Source of the DNA: Elsinoe ampelina
Taxonomy: Eukaryota
DNA length: 64,000 nucleotides
Assembly (NCBI GenBank): GCA_010093995.1
Contig: ML992513.1
Coordinates: forward strand, 741,203-805,202
Reading direction: 5' to 3'
Made by a program: the position numbers and the translations under genes. This document shows positions 1 through 11,540 of this stretch, piece after piece (position 1 is the first letter of the stretch; each line of letters begins with the position of its first letter). A model generated the notes under the pieces. The model did not search any database and was not told where the DNA came from. It saw only the letters and a program-made list of their open reading frames with translations.

Positions 1-1595
1 CTCAGACTTCCGACACATACCTGCCAAAGGAGAAGGAAGATGGCGGCGTCGACCACCTCAACAACAGCTCGGGCAACACCTCCGATGAGGATCTCGGATT
101 CGACGACAAGGCCACCAAGCGCATGATCCGGAAGATGGATGTGCGCTTGCTCCCCTTCCTCGCCCTCCTGTATTTGCTTTCCTTCTTGGATCGCACCAAC
201 ATCGGAAACGCTCGTCTGGTCAATCTCGAAGCCGACTTGGGCATGAACCCCAGAGGTCTCGACTACAATAATGCTCTAGCCATCTTCTTCCCCTTCTACG
301 TAGCCGCAGAAATTCCCTCCAACATTATGATGAAGAGGACGAGGCCATCAATCTGGATCCCCACTATCATGGTAGGTTGAAACACTTCAGCCAGACTGAT
401 AATCGCACGTGTCTGACTCTTTTTCCAGGTTGCTTGGGGTGTCTGCTGCACTCTCATGGGTGTTGTAAAGAACTACGAAGGACTCATGGCCGCCCGTGCT
501 GCACTCGGTTTCGCCGAAGGTGGTCTCTTCCCCGGTGTGACATATTACATCACCATGTGGTACCGTCGCCACGAGTGCGGTCTGCGCATGGCCATCTTCT
601 TTTCTGCCGCCACCGCCGCCGGCGCTTTTGGAGGTCTTCTAGCCCGTGGTATCAGTGAGATGGACGGTCTTGGAGGACTCAACGGATGGGCCTGGATCTT
701 TATCCTCGAGGGTCTTCTAACACTCGCCGTCGCCATCCTCGCATTCTTCGTCATGAGCGACTACCCAGCGACTGCAAAGTTTTTGACCACCGACGAGAAA
801 AAGGAGATTGTCAGGCGCCTGAAACAGGACCGCAGCAGCTTGTCAGATGAGTTTGACATGAAGTTCTTCTGGGCCGCCATCAAGGACTGGAAGATCTGGT
901 GCCACATGTTCATCACCATCGGGTGAGTACTGCGATCTTCATTCTGAAATTGTTCCACTGACATTACTAGCGTCTACACCCCTCTCTACTCCATCTCCCT
1001 CTTCCTCCCCACCATCGTCCGAACCCTCGGCTACACCAACAACACCGCCCAACTCATGACCGTCCCCCCTTACGTCGTCGCCTGCTTCTTCACCCTCGGA
1101 GGCGGCTACCTCGCCGACAAGAAACAAACCCGCGGCCTCTTCATGATGTTCTTCGACCTCATGGCCATCCTCGGCTGGGCCATGCTCGTCGGCACCCGCA
1201 ACAACGTCGTCCGCTACATCGGCTGCTTCTTCGCCGTCAGCGGCATCTACCCCAACGTCCCCCAGGGTGTGGCCTGGAACGGCAACAACATCGGCGGCTC
1301 GCTCAAGCGCGGCGTCGGTATCGCCATGCACGTCGGCTTCGGCAACCTGGGTGGTGTGGTGGCTGCGTACATCTACTTGCCGAGGGACAGCCCGAATTTT
1401 GTGACTGGTCACTCGATCCTGCTGGGTTTCATCAGCATGTCGTTCTTGTTGAGTGCGTTCATGACTACGTATCTCAGGAGGGAGAATGCGCGCAGGGATC
1501 GCGAGTATAAGAGGCCGGAAGAGTACACTGAAGAGGAGAGAATGTTGGAGAAGGACAAGGGTGACCATGCTACCTTTTTCAGGTACACGGTCTAG
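1..1595 (+). CDS. MFS transporter, Dal5/Tna1 (anion:cation symporter) family; probably 5'-truncated by the window edge; introns 372-428 and 923-970
   Basis: Motifs FLDRTNIGNA, GFAEGGLFPG and GWAWIFILEG. GT-AG introns join the track ORFs 123..380, 456..926 and 1056..1595 into one frame. Confidence 0.9.
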
Positions 1596-1665
1596 GTTTG
1601 GAGAAGAAACGGGAGGGGCTTGTATGATTTGTTCTTGATACCTAGATACGAGATGATGCAAATTT

Positions 1666-1700
1666 GAGTAATCGAGTGATCGAGTAATCGAGTAATCGAG
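1666..1700. repeat. 8-bp tandem repeat (GAGTAATC)x4 downstream of the MFS stop
   Basis: Read directly: gagtaatc gagtgatc gagtaatc gagtaatc gag. Confidence 0.8.
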
Positions 1701-2041
1701 CTCTGGGTATGCTGTGTCGTGAAACGTTCTTCTCGGTGTTGCGAGCGTGGTCAGCATTCCAGCTTGGCTAGTTTTGTGACACAATCCAGGAAGCTGTGTG
1801 GTCTGATGCTTGAATGATGCACCACAGCTTTTATACTACAGCTGTGATTCCAATTCCTCTGCAGCTGCCTATTCAACCTGGTCCAGACGAGAACGCTAAT
1901 CGGAATACCCAAAAGACTCCTTGTACAATGCACCAAGCAGGAGATAGGACTAGCACAGTACCCTCTCAGCTCATCCACTGCCGCCGACTTGACCCCTTTC
2001 GTCTCCCCCATCACCTTGCCCCCTCCCTTCCCGTCCTCAAC

Positions 2042-3217
2042 TCACAGTCTCCCAGCCCTAGCACTATTCCCCATCTCCACATCCCCTCCCCGATCCTCAC
2101 TCCCCATGAAGACCTCGACCTGGACATGCACCTCCCCCTTGTTCCCGAACCCCCTCCCCTTGCCCCCCTCCAGCTCCTTATCCACCGCCTCATCAGTCTT
2201 TGTCCTGAAAACCGACCTCTCCGAAGCGTAGGCCCTCCTCGCCGCGCCAGTCCCCGCACTACTACTCCCCTCTCCCCTCCAGAAATTCCCGCGGAAGAAC
2301 TGCCTCAGCACGGGCAGGTTCTTGAACAAAATCCCGACGAGCGCTTCCCTCACGCCCCACACGTCCAGGTTGACGGTCGTTTGCGCCAGGCCTAACCCAG
2401 CGCCGATACGTACCCCCGCCGCGAGAATGACCACCACGCCTGTAGTGAGGAACAGTCCGATGGCGATCTTCTGCTTGCGCGGCACCTGCAACTTCCACAG
2501 CAGGGGGATGGGGATGGAGAGGATAGCGAGGGACATGGCGATGTTGAGGGACGAGATGGTGAGGAGGGTGGGGGTGGGGGAGCAGGTTGTCGGTGCGGCC
2601 CAGTTTTGGACGAAAGGACGGCAGGAGAGGGAGATGGTGAGGATGTTGATCAGGTAGGTGACGAGGAGGGAGAGGGCGATCCATTGCACCAGACGTTGTT
2701 GGAGGGAGTTGAAGGTCAGGCGGCGGCTGGGGAGGGGGGTTAGTGGTGGTGAGAAGGAGAAGAGGAGGGGGAAGTACTAGAAGAAGAGCATCGAGGCTTT
2801 CATGGACCAGATCATGGAGGTGTAGGTGTACCATGCTGCGAATTGGAATTTGGAACCGGAGGTGATCCTTTCGATGTCGGATGAGGTCATGGTCGGGGTG
2901 TAGTCGAGGTTGGTGCCATGGTGGACTTGGATGGTCAGTGTCAATGGAGGAAGGCAGGTCAAGGTACATGCATGCTCTGTCGAACAATAGGACAGTAAGA
3001 AAGTAAAAGATCCAGGCACCGCCGGCAAAGGCATCATCCAGGTCAAGTTCACGAATGCCTTCGCCTGAGGATCTGATGCGGACGACGAAGCGGATCGTGA
3101 AGATCATGGACCCGGCGGCGAAGAGACTCCATATCTCGGGGAGGAACTAGACATGTCAGGACTTGACTGCAATGTGACTGATGGCCAACATACATGAGGG
3201 TTGTTAAGAACAGACAT
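2042..3217 (-). CDS. PTH11-like (rhodopsin-domain, no CFEM) integral membrane protein; 4 exons
   Basis: Spliced product MSVLNNPH|FLPEIWSLFAAG...GSKFQFAAWYTYTSMIWSMKASMLFFY...CRPF...IPIPLLWKLQVPRKQK...WGVREALV matches the family pattern. One intron (2926-2971) needs a GC donor. Confidence 0.8.
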
Positions 3218-4180
3218 GTTGCAGATGTGTCTACGACCAACGCTGTGTTTGGTGATCCAGTGTAATGGGTTGTTCTCTTCTTATACCACCAGCTCCATGC
3301 AACACGTCTTCACCGAACAGCATTCGGTGTTGCCGGTGGGTTTACCGCCCAGTCCCGGCTGACGTATTGTATGTGAAGGTTTCAAACCTTTGGCATATCT
3401 ACCAGTCGGTGCTCTGGCCGTTGATATAGGACAGTTGAGGGACCAGATGTACTAGAAGGTTCGTGGTGAGAAAGCTTGTGGCACAATTCTCGATTTCTCC
3501 GTTGCTAGGCTCAAGATCAAGCTATCTAGCATGTAGCCCAGCAGACATTTGTCATGCTGGTCGCCGGGAGAGTCGAGTCTCTCCGAGCGGCATACACACT
3601 GAAAATTCCTGAAGTGTGAGACGACATCTTTGGTACAGCATTGATACTAACTGTCCTGCGGTAGTATCCGGCAGCTTGCGGGAACCTCCACACCACATCT
3701 TGAGGGTAATTATGATCGGAGTATCAATCCAGTTCCAGCTGATCGGGACAGATACGTTCTCACCGTTGACAACACCCGATGGTTCTAGCCCCGCGGACAG
3801 CTGGCAAGGGGTGTTTTCGTGTTGATTGGGGGGCCGGCAAAACCCTGGGATGGTTTTTTCAACGGTTGGCGACCAACGGCTTGAGCTTCGCAGAAGATAT
3901 AGCGCGGTGTGGGTTCAACCAGAGACGACCGTTGCAGCGACAGATCGCAATACGGATATACTCATTACTGAGTGCACAATGACCGTCGTAACGTGCTAAA
4001 GTCTGATGCACGCAAGCAGCTCAACGCCCAACCTGGTCTGGCCTTTGAGTACCGAACTGAGATAATGAGCCACGTTATTCTGGCTGATGGTGACAGTTCC
4101 GAGCCGGCAATGGGTCTAGTGCGAGGAGGTCGTTGTCGTCGTGGATGAAAGCTTGAATACGCCGTTGATACTGAAGCGCT

Positions 4181-5793
4181 CTAGAAGAAAAGGTCGCCTA
4201 TCATGTCCTTATCGAGTAACAGGTAGGGACCATTCCTTGTGGAGGAATCTCTCGACCACACCTTGTTGTGGAAAGACTTGACTCTCCCTGCAGTACCCGG
4301 GCTGAACTTGAATCGGATATCCTCCAGTACTGCCAAACACTTGAGCCGGGCTTCTTTACTGCAACCAGTGCCTAGAACGGCCAACGGCCACATCATCTTT
4401 GGCGTGGGATTGAAATTGTCATTGATGTCTTCGAGAATCTTAATGCCTCTGTCGCAGGTGGATATCATATCTGTTGTTGGGATATTTGAGAGTACCGCGC
4501 TCAGCAAGTCGCAAGCCAGGTAGTATATCCACCGAATCTGGAGCGTCGAGTGTGACAATTGGCCACTAGTGTCCCAATCCTCGAGTACTAGAGAGTTGAT
4601 CTCGCTCAAATCCTTTTTGAGCGAATCATGGCGTACAAGATCCTCTCCCGAGAGCGGGTGTTGCTGAAGGAGCCAAGAGAGCTTGAAGCCTAGATCTGTG
4701 AGCTTGGGACCGGACAAGCCTACCCATGGACATGCGGTAGTCAGTCGACTGTCATGCTGTCTAGCTGACCACAACAAGACTTTGAGTGGAGCTTCCAAGT
4801 GGTCATAGGGAAGACCTACATTACCGTCACACAAGCAGTTGACAGATGTGCGACAGATGTAAGCTTCGAGCAGCAACGTCTGGTGGCGAGAGGCCTGCTC
4901 TGTCAGAGACAAGCTGTCTCGAAAGATCAGATGAGCTCCTCTGATGTGTGATTGACGAGTGATGGAGACATCGTCAGTCGCCTGATGCTCCTCAAAGATG
5001 TGTAGAGTAAGAATCGTGGCTTGCATCCACTCTTCTGTACGGAAGCCGTCCTTCCGAAGAGCATCGGCGAGACCTTTCACTGCGGCAGTGTAATGGGTCA
5101 AGAACAGTGGCCGAAGTTGACGATCACGATAAGCATATGGAAGTCCAGCACATGCAAGCCAAGCATGCAGTAGAGGAGGATGCTGTAAAGCTAGCTGCAT
5201 ACTCATGACGCTGATGCTTTGACCAGACTTTTCTGGGTCCAAGCAAGCATCTTCGAATGCTTGTATCATCGACGCCACATCTTCGTACGACAGCGATCTG
5301 ACATGTTAGGTGGAAATGCAACGTATAAGTCTTTACTCACGGTGTAAGACGTAGCGCATGTATGACCTCTGGTTCATGACAGAGGGCGTACAGTGATGGA
5401 TGAGGTATGACTTTCGTGTCATGACCTGGCGTGTTGACACAACCTGGTGCCCTCTGGGTATGATAGCTCAACGGTTCCAACACAATTACGCCTGGCGAAA
5501 TCGTTGACCCATGCACGTCTGCAACACGTACGACGTGGTCAGGCGGGCTTGTCGATACGGGCTCATCGTACGGCCATTCGCAGACGCTTCGTGAAGTCGA
5601 GTTGCGGCATCTGAAGCATTTCGGCTTCTGTAGATCGCATTTCTTCTTCTTCTTTCGACCTACCACAAGTTAGCACATGTGGCATATCAATGGCGAGGGT
5701 GTCACAACAAGCGCTACAGCCACGGTCTGATCTGACCTGCTTGGGACGAGGAGCTATGCGCTGCCCGGTCTGCGCATCAAAGCTGTCGAACAT
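4181..5793 (-). CDS. Zn(II)2Cys6 transcription factor with a fungal-specific C-terminal domain; 3 exons
   Basis: Spliced zinc cluster GCSAC-RKKKKK-CDLQKPKCFRC...VC. Body motifs LLHAWLAC, HYTAAVKGL, HIRGA and WPLAVLG. Confidence 0.85.
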
Positions 5794-6024
5794 GATTGTC
5801 CGTGCCGTCCACGCAAGTTGATCGGCCTAGCAGTCCCCAGAAACATGCCGACAATTAGTGCGTGAAGAAAGGTGGCAGTGGAGCCCTGCCCTGTGAGGGG
5901 AAGAGAGTAGTTTCATGTCTGGTGGCGCTTGACGGCTCCTTTCCGCTGATGGATATATACGGTATCGCTTCCATCTCTCCATCGATCTTACCCTCCTTCA
6001 TCTCACCTGGCAAATCTCGCGACC

Positions 6025-6652
6025 ATGTCGGTCCCTGGTGAGCCCTCAGATGGTCAGCAGCATTTGCCGCTGCCGGTGGCCATGCGGGTGCCATACATGG
6101 ACTTTGTCTACCGCATGTCCGCCGAAATGGCAGACACGACACAACCCGTTGGAGCGCCTTTCAACGGCAAATACGCTCGGATGATTATGCCTATCAAGGG
6201 TGGAATCGTCAAGGGTCCAAACTTTAGTGGTGAGATCGTTCACATGAGCGGTGCAGACTGGGGGACGACGGTACAAGGGGCAGATGTGAGTCTAGACAAG
6301 ATTCGATAGGACCCGTTACTGATAGCCAAAGTTCATGCGACTCGATGCCAGATACACAGTCAGAACTGATGATGGTATTTTCGTCTTTATCAAATCAAAG
6401 GGTGTATTCTCTGGTGGTGCTGGAAACCCGCCGGCTATCGATTCTTCCAAAGGACCACCAACAGAGATGTCCCAGGACCAGGTCGAATGGTTCACCCGAC
6501 TACAATTCGAAGCGCCGCCTGGTCGATACAACTGGATGAACGGTGTATTTGCTATTGGAGTGCTTGCCATGACCGAAAAGAAAATCATCATCGACGCTTA
6601 TCGAATCACAAACTTCCCGCATCTTCCACCGAGAGATATGAATGCATCTTGA
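6025..6652 (+). CDS. DUF3237 (UPF0311) family protein; one intron ~6286-6330
   Basis: PIKGGIVKGP, GADW, RLDARYTVRTDDG, FEAPPGRYNWMNGVFAIG. Confidence 0.85.
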
Positions 6653-6668
6653 TCACTTCCATCTAGCA

Positions 6669-8455
6669 TCATAGTTTGCTTTCTGCTTCCCTGTGCAAAA
6701 TCTCATCCACGACCTGTGCAACCTTCAATAACCTCTCATCCTCTTGCCTCATGCCGACAAGCTGGATCGACGTCGGGGCATCCTTGAACTGCTCAGGACC
6801 GGAGTCTGCCATGGTCAGCTGTATCGGGGTACATTCTTGTGGCGTTCTTACAAATCTGGTATGTCTGTTTGTCCATGTCGCCGTACTTGGCCGTCGAGAT
6901 GTCATCCTTCTTGTCTGTCGACTTGACCTTGCCGGTTGGGATGATGCAAGCGGGGTAGTCGAGTAAATTCCAGAGGCAAGTATAGGAAACAGATAACCAT
7001 TCATCAAACGGCATGGCAGTGTGTGGGGCGGCTGGGAGAAGGACCGCATCCAGGCTGTGCTGAAGCCAAAGTCGGTGGTACTTTGCTTGAATCTTGTGTC
7101 GAGAAGCATTGAGCTCGAACAGCTTCTTGATATCCATTGGAGGAGTGTTTGGTAGGTCCTTCTTCACCACGGATGGTACAAAGGGTTCCTGAGTGGAGCT
7201 GATCAGGCTCTGAATGTACTAAATGAACAAGTAAGCCATGTTTGACTTGAGACAGACACTAGCTGGACACTCACCTTGTTCTCATCAGCCGAATACAACT
7301 GGATTGTGGTAAGGAAAGCCTCGAGTATTGATGGGAGCTCCAATCTTACAACTTCAACGCCTGCGCTGGATAATTTCTGCGCACTTTCCAAGATTGTCCT
7401 TCTGATCGGAGGATGCGGCGTGTATAATCCATCATCATGGACAACACCAATCCGTATCTTGAGCGGCCTCGAATGAGCCTGCCAGTCGATGTGGTGGCAG
7501 TCTGCATCCCAAAGCCAGGGCTTCGATCGCATAATAGTTTCGAGGAGAAAGTTGCAGGATCTCAGATTGGTAGCCATTGGTCCAGCAACAGGGTCCACAC
7601 CCATCTCGCCATCCGGGACAGGCGCCCTTTGGTCTGCGAAAGGCACGATACCTGAGCTCGGCTTGAAGCCATAGATACCGTTACAAGCACTGGGTATGCG
7701 GATGCTGCCGGCGATGTTCGTACCGATGCCAGCAATGCTGCCGCGGAGAGCTATCAAAGCGCCCTCACCACCGGTCGAGCCGCCCGCCGTCAATTGGAGA
7801 TTGTTGGGATTGAGCGTCCGGCCGAAGACGTTGTTGTCCGAGTCTGCTGTCATCATGGTCTGCGGGACATTCGTCTTGCAGTATAGCACAGCTCCGAGGT
7901 CTGCCAAAAGCTGGGGGAGATTTGAGTAGTGGTCGTCCGGCTGATGTGCGAAACATGCAAGTCCGATGGTTGAGTCGACACCGGGGATCCTGAAGCTGTC
8001 TTTGAGAGATATCGGCAGACCATGAAGAGGTCGTAACTCGGCTTCTGGCTTCTCGTTCCTCTCCTTGTCAAGACTTCTGGCTCTTTCCATTGCATCGTCG
8101 AAGAAGATCTCGGTCAGACAGTTTGTCTATCCCAATTAGTCCATTGCCATGATCTCCGCCCAAGCCGGAGACGGACCAGTTGCTGCGCTATCGCGGCTCT
8201 CTTGCAGAAGGCGATTGTCACCTCTTCGGCCGACAGAATGCCTTTCTTCAGGGCGTTCACCAAGTCTACAGCATCGTAGTCGGAGGTGATCTGTAGCTCC
8301 CTCGGCGTCAGAATGCCCGCCTTTGCCGGGACGTCTAGGACATTGGACCCTTCGTATCTTTCCTGCAATTGCCATTGCTCTGGTATGAGCTTTGACCTCG
8401 CCTTTTGCTTCTTTTCGGCAATCTCCTGCCAAGGTCCTGCTTTCGTCGCCGTCAT
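6669..8455 (-). CDS. Amidase-signature family enzyme (acetamidase-like); multi-exon
   Basis: LHGLPISLKD (catalytic Lys), KTNVPQT, GGSTGGEG, AGSIRIPS (nucleophile Ser), YTCLWNLLDYP. ATG at 8455 (MTATKAGPWQEIA). Confidence 0.9.
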
Positions 8456-9107
8456 GACTGTCGTTCGTGTGCAAGAAGATAAAGACTCACGCGGAAAGAT
8501 CAAGTCAGAAAGTCACAAACATATTGGAGAAGTACACTTGTTCCAGTACTAACCCTGCTGGGGACTGTGGAGGAATCAAACGGAATACTTCCTTCTCAGC
8601 TGATCGCTTGAGGAACATCCATCACACGGCAGTTGGGTCTGCTCTCGGTATCGCGGCAATTTTGATATTCATGTTGCCGGCGCTGGGTCTGCGCCTCGAT
8701 TGTTGATAACAGCAATGTCTCATAAGACACCTCCTGCGGCTGTCTTCCGCGCGAGATAAAGGGTGTTCGGATGTGCAGGTTGATAGCTTCTCCATGCAGA
8801 TGTTGATATGCCGTTCACGCTAAAAGGCGGCAGACCCGATGTGGCATAGTGTGGTCGGTGTCTCTCCACAGATAACCTGTCAACCCTGCCAGCGGGTGCT
8901 CGGTAACCATACTCTGCACGTCTCACCCTGGACACCCCGCTATGAGCCTCTCGAGTCGAGATCGAACGAGGTATATCCTGATTGGATCCCAAACCTCCCT
9001 GTCGCTACGCAGCATGACCATGCTATCTCGTCTATGCTATAATTACTCGCTTCTCTGCTCCACTTGACGACAAGTGTCTTTGTTATTGTTCTTTGTCTCT
9101 GCGAATC

Positions 9108-10969
9108 ATGAATGTCATCAACGTCAACCCGGTGCCGGACTATGAAGTCGTGGCAGGTACAGTCTACATGATCGACGGGTCAGGCAACGCTGCCTTCTCC
9201 AAGAAGGACATATTGCTGGTACCTACGCCGTCGTCAGACCTCGAGGACCCTCTCCGCTGGAGCAGGTGGCGGAAGGGCTATCACCTCTTGCTCTTGGTGT
9301 AAGCATATAGTCTGTGCCATCGGGATTGCTGCTGACACGTACACAGTGCATACAGCTCCTTGATGGGAGCCATCACCAATTGGTCCTCAGTCATTTACGT
9401 CGTTCTTGCCCAGGTCTATGAAACCACAATTGCGAATCTCAGCATCGGCCTTGCTCTCTGCTTGTTGATGTTGGGTGTCGCCAATGTCTTCCTCATTCCT
9501 CTATCCAACAGTGAGTCGATCTGCAACGAGCTCCAGCGGCACAGCTGACGAATGCCGCACAGAACTCGGCCGAAGAGCCACATACAACTGGTCATTGCTC
9601 TTTGTCTTGGGCGCTGAGGTCTGGTTGGCCAGGTCAAAGTCCATCGGTGATTTCCAGGGTGCTCATGTGCTACTCGGCATCGGCGCTGCACCTTTCGAGG
9701 CACTGGTGCCTGTCTCGGTAAGTCGGCCCACCAGAACAATTTGGGCACGCACTAATGATGCAGGTCTCCGACACCTACTATGCCCATGAGCGTGGTACTC
9801 GCCTTGCCTACTACGTCTTCGGCCTCGCTTTCGGCTCTCTCGTCGGACCCATCTGCGCGGGCTACATGGTCACGAGCCAAGGCTGGGAATGGATCTACTG
9901 GTGGGGTGTCATCCTTACTGGTCTCCTGACTTTCCTCTTCTTCTTCACCTTCGAAGAGACATACTTTGAGCGGTCCGCCGACTTGCATGAAGCCGCCCAA
10001 AGCCTTCACGTGAGGAAGGTCGAAGAGATGAACCCGGAGGATTACGAGACCAAGGAAGCCATGGAAGGCGAGCAGATCCACTACGCGACGAGTGGCCCCA
10101 AGGTTGGCGATATACTTGATACAACCAAGTTCCGGCTTCAGTTTTCGTTTTTCAAGCTGTTCCCGACAACATGGAGTACGGTATTGAATGACTTTTGGCG
10201 GCCTCTCAAGGTCTGCTCCCTACCGGCTATCATCTGGGTGAGTCCATTGTAAAGGTTATCTGCATCGCGCTAAACCAGCCAGTGTGGCGTCAACTATGGT
10301 ACCTGCGTGTCTTGGCTTGCAGTCATGGGAACAACGGTGGCGGCGACGTTAGCACCTCCTCCATATCTCTTCAGCAACAGTCAGATCGGTCTGTTCTGGA
10401 TTGCCCCATTGATCGGAGCCATCATCGGGTGAGTCAATCAGGCCTCTTTGTCCATCGCACTGCTGACATTCTGCAGTGCCATCTACTCCGGGACGGTCAC
10501 TGATCGCTTCGTCCTTTTGGATGTCCAATCGAAACCGTGGATTCAGAGAGCCGAGTTCCGTCTTTGGAGCTGTCTTCCTGCCGCCATCATCTTCCCTGCT
10601 GGTCTGATGCTATACGGCATTGGAGCAGCGAGAGGCATGGCCTGGATCGTCCTATTCGTGGGTGGAGGCCTCATTGGGTTCGGACTGTCTGTTGGTGGTT
10701 CTGTCAGTATGGCGTACACGCTGGATTGCTACAAGGAGATTGATACCCAGGCCATCACCACCATCATTCTGATCCGCAACGTGGTAGGATTTGCTATTAC
10801 CTGGGCAATCCAGCCGTGGATCAACAATATGGGCAAGCAGAATGCTTTTATAGTTGTCGGATGTCTGGCTTTCACCATTACTGGGGCATCTGTCATCTTC
10901 ATCTTCTTCGGCAAAAGCATGAGGAAATGGACCGAGCCGAGGTATGCCAAATTGGCAGCACAGAGGTAG
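9108..10969 (+). CDS. MFS transporter (HOL1-like); multi-exon; contains a short frame-shifted patch
   Basis: LVPTPSSDLEDPLRWS, GIGAAPFEAL, SDTYYAHERG, FEETYFER, IRNVVGFA. Several GT-AG introns. Confidence 0.85.
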
Positions 10970-11540
10970 AACCAGTGGCGAGGCAATACTGTGGATGTAG
11001 AATTGCCGGATCTTGAGGTCTCGAAATTGATATCATTTCCCTCGACCTTACTAAACACTGTGCGTACTGATTTCGTGATCCGTTGGAAGGTGCGTATGAT
11101 AGTTTTTCGTCAAGGTCGCGTGCAGATGCGAGTATTTAGCCGCCACAATGATCATCAGCTCTTGATTCACCGTGAAAGCACCGTGATAGCGCATACCGAT
11201 ATCGGCGGATGGTGTAGAAATGTTGATGTTGATGTGATGGGAGTAGAACGGAGATTCGCAAAAAAGTGAAACTCCGAGGATAAAAACGCGACATGATGGA
11301 GCGGAATAGAGGCTGAACAGCGACAACTCCGATTGGCTCAAAATCAAATGCCGAACTGTGCGAGGGTTGATGACGCTAAACACTTTTGGGGCTGCGTCCT
11401 CAAGATAAGTTAACCACGCGGACTCTTTCCGCCGTAGCTCTCCAGAACTATACCTTCACCGTGATGTCCATGGCAAAAAGGTAGGATTTCATGGTCTAGA
11501 TAGTCTCGAGTCCATTCTCTTTCCATCAATCACACTCAAA

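Noticed and set aside
939..1784. 281-aa minus-strand ORF
   Set aside because: Antisense shadow of the codon-biased MFS exon 3.
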